Source: Thermococcus kodakarensis KOD1
GTDB lineage: Archaea > Methanobacteriota_B > Thermococci > Thermococcales > Thermococcaceae
Assembly: GCF_000009965.1 (NCBI RefSeq)
Contig: NC_006624.1
Coordinates: forward strand, 780,001 to 812,000
Reading direction: 5' to 3'
Length of the DNA: 32,000 nucleotides
Part shown: positions 27,481-32,000 of the stretch, piece by piece
Position numbering within the stretch: position 1 is the stretch's first letter
Layout of the letters: each line of letters begins with the position of its first letter
Position numbers and translations under genes: made by a program
Notes under the pieces: model-generated
Databases searched by the model: none
Seen by the model: only the letters and a program-made list of their open reading frames with translations
What the model was told of the DNA's origin: nothing

Positions 27481-28746
27481 ATGCTGAGGGAGATACTCTC
27501 ACGGTTTGAAGACCTAGTTGTCATTAAGGAACCCGTAAAGAAAGAGCTGGAGATAACCCGCTACCTCCTAAAATACCCTGACAGGCCGGTTCTGTTTGAA
27601 GACGTGGAAGGCTGGAAGGTCGCTGGAAACATCTGGAGCACCCGGAAGAGGATAGCCACTTACCTCAACACCACGAGGGAAGAGCTCATCCACCTGATAG
27701 CGGAGGCAATGGAAAACCCAAGGCAGTACAAAGAGGTTAAAGAGGCACCTTTTCTCAAGAACTCGACGAAGGACTTCTCCCTCAAGAAGCTCCCGATTCC
27801 AAAGTACTACCCAAGGGACGGCGGTCAGTACTTCACCTCGGCGATGGTCATAGCGAAGGATGACAACGGCTTTGTCAACGTGTCCTTCCACAGGATGATG
27901 GTGCGTGACGAGAAAACCGCCGCCATAAGGCTCGTTCCGAGGCACCTCTACGCGATGTGGAAGGAGAAGGCCGAGAACGGTGAAGACCTCGACGTTAGGA
28001 TAGTGGTTGGCAACCCAGTACACCTTCTTCTGGCAGGGTCCGTGAGCACCGCCTATGGGGTTAGCGAGCTGGAGATAGCATCGGCCATGAGTGAGATTGC
28101 CTTTGGAAAGCCGCTCGAAGTCATAGAACTTGGCGGGATTCCAGTCCCGATCGAGAGCGAGTTCGTCTTTGAGGCCAGAATAACGCCAGAACTCGTCGAT
28201 GAAGGGCCATTCGTTGATATAACAGGGACGTACGACATAGTCAGGAGGCAGCCGCTGGTAGTGTTTGAGAAGATGTACCACGTGGATGATCCCATCTTCC
28301 ACGCCCTGCTCTCCGGCGGCTACGAACACTACATGCTGATGGGCCTTCCAAAAGAGCCGCAGATATACGCGAGTGTTAAGAGGGTCGTGCCGAAGGTTCA
28401 CGGGGTCAGGCTGACCGAGGGCGGGGCAATGTGGCTCCACGCCGTCGTTTCGATAACCAAACAGCACGACGGTGACGGCAAGAACGCAATTTTAGCGGCC
28501 TTCGCCGGCCACCCGAGCCTGAAGAGGGTTATAGTGGTCGATGAAGACATAAACATCTACGACGACAGGGAAGTCGAGTGGGCGGTCGCTACCCGCTTCC
28601 AGCCGGACAGGGATCTGGTGATTGTCCCGAACGCGAGGGGAAGCTCACTCGACCCCTCAGCGGAGAAGGGACTTACGGCGAAGTGGGGAATTGACGCGAC
28701 GAAGCCTCTGGGCAGAAAAGAAGAGTTTGAGAGGGCGAGGGTGTGA
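27481..28746 (+). CDS. UbiD-family (prenyl-FMN-dependent) decarboxylase, probably anhydromevalonate phosphate decarboxylase
   Basis: 421 aa with UbiD-like features throughout (...[21 protein letters not shown]..., ...FHRMMV..., ...[10 protein letters not shown]..., ...[29 protein letters not shown]...). Start set at ATG 27481, downstream of the TATA box. Confidence 0.8.
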   Translation: MLREILSRFEDLVVIKEPVKKELEITRYLLKYPDRPVLFEDVEGWKVAGNIWSTRKRIATYLNTTREELIHLIAEAMENPRQYKEVKEAPFLKNSTKDFSLKKLPIPKYYPRDGGQYFTSAMVIAKDDNGFVNVSFHRMMVRDEKTAAIRLVPRHLYAMWKEKAENGEDLDVRIVVGNPVHLLLAGSVSTAYGVSELEIASAMSEIAFGKPLEVIELGGIPVPIESEFVFEARITPELVDEGPFVDITGTYDIVRRQPLVVFEKMYHVDDPIFHALLSGGYEHYMLMGLPKEPQIYASVKRVVPKVHGVRLTEGGAMWLHAVVSITKQHDGDGKNAILAAFAGHPSLKRVIVVDEDINIYDDREVEWAVATRFQPDRDLVIVPNARGSSLDPSAEKGLTAKWGIDATKPLGRKEEFERARV

Positions 28747-29577
28747 TCACTCCCCCATTTCCCTAATCTTCCTGACTTTTCCACCCTTTATTTCGATGTA
28801 GCCGAGCTTCTTGAGGAGTTTCAGTGTCTCTTCTATGGCCTCCTTGGAGTAGTTTATCACAAGAGTCCCCTTGGGCGTTGGTATCGCCATTGGAGCGGCC
28901 CTCATGAAGCTCTTGATGAGCTCTTCCTCAGGGATCTTTCCGTCCTTTAGAACCCTCAGGATTTCTTCCGCGAGGATGCCCCTGCTTATGAGGGCAAAGT
29001 AAGCCTTAAGGAGAACATCCTCCGGGAAGTACCTGCCCGCTATCGAGCCGATTTTGTTGATCCTGGCTATGTCCAGCTCCAAGAACTCGAATTCATACTC
29101 GGGAAGGAGGTCTGTAAACACAAACTGCTTGGCTACCTTTTCAGCCTCTTCAGGATTGTGGACGATGTTGAAGGGGAACTTAAACTCGAATCTGATTGAG
29201 GATGGGTCAACACCTTCCCTGAGCTTAACGGTCTTTCCATCGTAATCAAGCACTCCAGCCCTGTGGAGCTGGTCGAGGATATCTCCTACCCATGCACCCT
29301 CCATTAGGAGCTTTTCGGCGTCTTCCCCAACTTTCAGGTGCTCAAGTATGTGGGTCACACTTTCTTTAAACGACATGAAGCCCTCTCTCAAAGCGTCTCT
29401 ATCAACGCCCTCAATGCTTTCAACGGCTTTTTCAATCTCGTCAAGGGTGCCCGTGAGCATGTAGCCGATAAAACCGTCGTAGCCGAGCCGCTCCCTGACC
29501 TCAAACTTTATCCCTTCCTTCCGCAGTTCGGCGGCGAGGGAATCCCTGATGTGCTTACCTCTAACGATCAGCCTCAT
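28747..29577 (-). CDS. Hypothetical protein (276 aa), possible C-terminal winged-helix
   Basis: Long ORF with host-like codon usage. RBS aggggtg. C-terminus ...TLKLLKKLGYIEIKGGKVRKI looks wHTH-like. No family recognised. Confidence 0.6.
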   Translation of the reverse strand: MRLIVRGKHIRDSLAAELRKEGIKFEVRERLGYDGFIGYMLTGTLDEIEKAVESIEGVDRDALREGFMSFKESVTHILEHLKVGEDAEKLLMEGAWVGDILDQLHRAGVLDYDGKTVKLREGVDPSSIRFEFKFPFNIVHNPEEAEKVAKQFVFTDLLPEYEFEFLELDIARINKIGSIAGRYFPEDVLLKAYFALISRGILAEEILRVLKDGKIPEEELIKSFMRAAPMAIPTPKGTLVINYSKEAIEETLKLLKKLGYIEIKGGKVRKIREMGE

Positions 29578-29643
29578 GATACCACCCCTCAGCCTGGGGA
29601 AGGGACACTTATAGGCTTTGTGGAGAACACGAAAGGTGAACTA

Positions 29644-29724
29644 CCCCGTCCTTTCGGGCGGGGCTTCCTGCTTCATAAGGAAGACTTGCCCCGTGATGAC
29701 GGCCTCATAAGGCACGACACGGGG
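29644..29724 (-). ncRNA. Predicted omega-RNA (reRNA) scaffold segment at the tnpB 3' end/right end
   Basis: Three consecutive hairpins on the minus strand: CCCCGUG...CACGGGG (29724-29689, with inner GCCU-UAUG-AGGC), CUUCC...GGAAG (29683-29664, tnpB stop codon in its loop), and CCCCGCCC-GAAA-GGACGGGG (29663-29644). The full RNA probably extends further in both directions. Confidence 0.4.
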
Positions 29725-30848
29725 TAGAGGTCTTCCCTCCACAGGCAATCCGGTCGTCCCAACCCTTCATCCAAACCCCTCTTCAATATGTTGAGGGAAG
29801 CGTTCAAGTCCCTATCCATCACCAGCCCACACTTCGAACAGCGAAAAACCCTCTCCAGGAGAGGCAATTCCTCCACAACGAATCCACAACGGGAGCAAGT
29901 CCTTGAAGTGTAGGCTGGCTCGACGAAAACAACTCTCCGACCAGCTCTCTCAGCCTTGTCGGAGAGTATCCTAATGAAAGCACCGAGAGAAGAATCGAGC
30001 AAACGACGGTTGAGACTTTTATTACCGTTCCCAACCATATTCTTTGGTTTTAGGTTTTCCACGACAATAATGTCGTAATTCCTAACGTAGTAAAGAGCGA
30101 GTTTATGGAGAAAATCATTTCGCTGGTTCGTTAGCTTCTCGTAAGCCTTAGCTAATTTTATTCTCTCCCTCTCCCAGTTCTTCGAACCTTTTTGCTTCCT
30201 TGAGAGTCTCCTCTGTATTTTCTTAATCCTTTCAAGGGATTTCTCAAGGAACAGCGGGTTCTCAAAAGCGTTGCCGTCGCTATCAACGACGAAATGAGCG
30301 ACTCCCAAATCAATTCCAACTGCCCTACCCGTTCTGGGCAACGGTTCTGGTTCTTCCTCAGCCTGAAAAATAGCATACCACTTCCCAGTCTTCGTCCGTT
30401 TAATTATTACGCCCTTGATTTTACCTTTGATTCTCCTATGGAGCTTTATGGGGACTTCCCCAACCTTAGAGAGACGTAGTCTCTTCCTCTCCTCGTCAAG
30501 CTTGAAACCGCTTTGGTTGTAGTTCAGCGTCTTCCAGCTATTCGGTGAGGTCTTGTATCTAAGCCTCCCAACTTTATGTCCGTTCTTTTTTAGAGCCTTC
30601 AGGACGGTCAGGTTGTTCCAGAGCTGGTGGTTCACCATTTGGAGAACTTTGGAGTAAACCTCCTTGAGTTCTGGCTTTTCCTTCTTTAATTCAACGATTA
30701 GCCTTTGGGTGTCGATTCTCCCGAGCGAAGGGTTTTCCCGTATTGCCCTCAATAACTCGTTGTAGAGCCAGCGACAGAGTTCCATATGTTGGAGCATCCT
30801 TTCCTGTTGTGCTTTTGAGGGATAGATTCTGAAGCGGTAGGAACGCAT
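29673..30848 (-). CDS. tnpB: TnpB (IS605 OrfB) RNA-guided endonuclease, apparently intact
   Basis: RuvC-I GIDLGV, RuvC-II IIVVENLK, Zn finger CSRCG...CSKCG, RuvC-III MDRDLNASLNI. 391 aa. Confidence 0.9.
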   Translation of the reverse strand: MRSYRFRIYPSKAQQERMLQHMELCRWLYNELLRAIRENPSLGRIDTQRLIVELKKEKPELKEVYSKVLQMVNHQLWNNLTVLKALKKNGHKVGRLRYKTSPNSWKTLNYNQSGFKLDEERKRLRLSKVGEVPIKLHRRIKGKIKGVIIKRTKTGKWYAIFQAEEEPEPLPRTGRAVGIDLGVAHFVVDSDGNAFENPLFLEKSLERIKKIQRRLSRKQKGSKNWERERIKLAKAYEKLTNQRNDFLHKLALYYVRNYDIIVVENLKPKNMVGNGNKSLNRRLLDSSLGAFIRILSDKAERAGRRVVFVEPAYTSRTCSRCGFVVEELPLLERVFRCSKCGLVMDRDLNASLNILKRGLDEGLGRPDCLWREDLYPVSCLMRPSSRGKSSL

Positions 30849-31258
30849 CAACTCCCCTCACCTTGGCTCTCAACGTAGGCTTTGAGAACGTCGAGGGTCA
30901 CCTGCCCAGAGGTTGCGAGGAAGTATGAGGGTGACCAAAAGGTGTTTCTCCAGAGTTTTTCCTTCACTTCTGGGAAGTTCCTGCGTATTTCCCGTGAGGT
31001 AATTGTCTTTAGGGCGTTGATGTATTTTGGTATGTTGAGGGTGGGTTTTGCCTTGAATAGGATGTGAACGTGGTCTTGGTCTGTCTCTATGGTGAGAACT
31101 TCTACCTCGTGGGTCTCTGATATTTCGTGGATTTTCTGTTTGAGGAAGTCTATTATCCTGTCGTTGGTGAAGACTTTTCTGCGGTGTTTTACGACTAAAA
31201 TGAGGTGGTAATAGAGTGAATAGACTGAATGTGCTCCTTTATCGAGTTTGTATTTCAT
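30848..31258 (-). CDS. tnpA: IS200-type Y1 (HUH) transposase TnpA
   Basis: MKYKLDKGAHSVYSLYYHLILVVKHRRKVF, HUH motif DHVHIL, catalytic Tyr in SPSYFLATSG. ATG 31258 preferred over GTG 31267. Confidence 0.9.
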   Translation of the reverse strand: MKYKLDKGAHSVYSLYYHLILVVKHRRKVFTNDRIIDFLKQKIHEISETHEVEVLTIETDQDHVHILFKAKPTLNIPKYINALKTITSREIRRNFPEVKEKLWRNTFWSPSYFLATSGQVTLDVLKAYVESQGEGS

Positions 31259-31300
31259 AGTTATCACAAATTTTGTGTAACTATGAGAGTATTTGAGGGT

Positions 31301-31347
31301 TTCGGGCTTTCATCCCCTCCCTCTCGGAAGGGGACTTCTCGCCCGAA
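31301..31347 (-). repeat. IS left-end subterminal hairpin
   Basis: Outer 7-bp stem ttcgggc/gcccgaa (31301-31307 with 31341-31347) encloses an inner 8-bp bulged stem tcccctcc/ggaagggga (31313-31320 with 31326-31334) and a 5-nt loop. Confidence 0.5.
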
Positions 31348-31391
31348 TATGTTAAAAAGCCCAAGTCATGTGCAGGATTGGGGGAGAAACC

Positions 31392-31607
31392 ATGAGTGAG
31401 AAACAGTACTTGCTTGACAAAACACTCGAGCGCTGGAAGGGACAGAGGGTTGCTGTAGGGATTGGAAGCGAGATCAGTTTTTCGGGAATTCTTGAGGACT
31501 TCGACGAAGAGGTGATACTGCTCAAGAACGTCACTGACTACGCAGGCAATAAAGCGAGGGAGCTTATCGTGAAGATAGACGATATGAACTGGATAACGCT
31601 CCTGTGA
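31392..31607 (+). CDS. Sm-like (LSm-fold) small protein
   Basis: MSEKQYLLDKTLERWKGQRVAVGIGSEISFSGILEDFDEEVILLKNV...ELIVKIDDMNWI fits the Sm1/Sm2 pattern (G-x-L-x-x-F-D...hydrophobic strand). RBS gggggag. ATG 31392 preferred over 31368. Confidence 0.5.
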   Translation: MSEKQYLLDKTLERWKGQRVAVGIGSEISFSGILEDFDEEVILLKNVTDYAGNKARELIVKIDDMNWITLL

Positions 31608-31617
31608 GGTGCCTGCG

Positions 31618-32000
31618 ATGAGAGCGGTGGCGTTCGTGGGCTACAAGAAGAGCGGGAAGACGACCACAGTAGAGGCCGTCGCCAGAGTCCTCAAAGAGAG
31701 AGGTTACAGAGTAGCGATAGCGAAGAGCATGCATGCGGAGTTCGATAGAGAGGGCACTGACACTTGGCGGTTTTCCCGAGTGGCCGACGCCGTTCTGGTG
31801 AGAGCGGAGGACACGGATGCCCTTCTCTTCAAAGCTAAGGACATAAACGCGCTCTTCTCAATGGTCAGCGCTGATTTTCTGCTCCTTGAGGGATTCAAGT
31901 CGGTGGAGCACGTTCCAAGGGTGGTTTGTGCAAGAACGCCGGAGGAAGTCGAAGAACTTGACGGGGGACTTGCCATAGCGGTTAGCGGAGTTGTTGCATC
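31618..32000 (+). CDS. mobB: Molybdopterin-guanine dinucleotide biosynthesis adapter protein MobB (3' end outside window)
   Basis: MRAVAFVGYKKSGKTTTVEAVARVLKERGYRVAIAKSMH...GTDTWRF...; P-loop and MobB pattern. RBS gaggtg. Open to the window end. Confidence 0.8.
   Translation, partial: MRAVAFVGYKKSGKTTTVEAVARVLKERGYRVAIAKSMHAEFDREGTDTWRFSRVADAVLVRAEDTDALLFKAKDINALFSMVSADFLLLEGFKSVEHVPRVVCARTPEEVEELDGGLAIAVSGVVA

Larger units (their letters stand above)
29630..31360 (-). mobile_element. IS200/IS605-family insertion sequence (tnpA + tnpB); boundaries approximate
   Basis: Y1 HUH transposase and TnpB genes overlap by 1 nt. Structured subterminal hairpins at both ends (31301-31347 and 29644-29663). 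No terminal inverted repeats, as expected for this family. Confidence 0.8.

Noticed and set aside
27568-28467. 299-aa antisense ORF inside the UbiD gene; similar long antisense ORFs at 3489-4316, 17382-18179, 6246-6761 and 13190-13696
   Set aside because: Each is fully nested opposite a gene with recognisable family motifs. Their sequences show no family features and have atypical composition. They are the expected by-product of GC-rich third-position codon bias.
28744-28749. TGATCA palindrome as a regulatory or restriction-type site
   Set aside because: It is simply two abutting convergent stop codons (TGA/TCA). There is no extended symmetry around it.
31265-31277. cacaaa-t-tttgtg inverted repeat just upstream of tnpA as an operator
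   Set aside because: The arms are only 6 bp, in an A/T-rich leader. I cannot distinguish this from chance or from the tnpA TATA region without other element copies.

Overview
Dense euryarchaeal chromosomal window of Thermococcus/Pyrococcus type. This is shown by archaeal BRE/TATA promoters, many leaderless or ATGA-coupled genes, GatDE, Pus10, RpoF, L21e and a class I HMG-CoA reductase. From memory, the order csg ... hmgA-tdh ... pheS/pheT ... xpb resembles Thermococcus kodakarensis-like genomes; I cannot verify that here.

Core content, left to right:
- a highly expressed S-layer gene and a downstream membrane-anchored glycoprotein
- a radical-SAM/HhH enzyme
- the conserved rpl21e-rpoF-DUF655-ksgA cluster
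- pus10 and an HTH/Zn-ribbon regulator
- a translin-EndoV-membrane protein operon
- gatD and gatE
- two tandem paralogous small membrane proteins
- a minD-like gene with hmgA
- tdh, pheS and pheT, truA
- an XPB-like helicase
- a UbiD-family decarboxylase, probably the archaeal mevalonate-pathway decarboxylase
- a Thermococcales-type hypothetical gene
- a complete IS200/IS605 element (tnpA plus intact tnpB)
- an Sm-like gene and a truncated mobB

Accessory layer: there are three PIN-domain toxin-antitoxin modules. Two of them sit seamlessly, with overlapping stop and start codons, between the two subunit genes of tRNA-dependent enzymes: gatD-[DUF104-PIN]-gatE and pheS-[DUF2283-antitoxin-PIN]-pheT. 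This repeated architecture is the most interesting signal in the window.

Other leads:
- a predicted omega-RNA hairpin array at the tnpB 3' end
- a candidate C/D-box sRNA with its own TATA box, antisense to an ORF end
- an unannotated 52-aa ORF
- an A/T-rich patch of coupled mini-ORFs with an in-frame TGA
- a radical SAM enzyme with an expanded CX8CX2C cluster motif
- single shared TATA boxes serving divergent leaderless genes

I found no CRISPR array, tRNA gene or rRNA gene. All calls come from reading the sequence and translations; no database search was possible.
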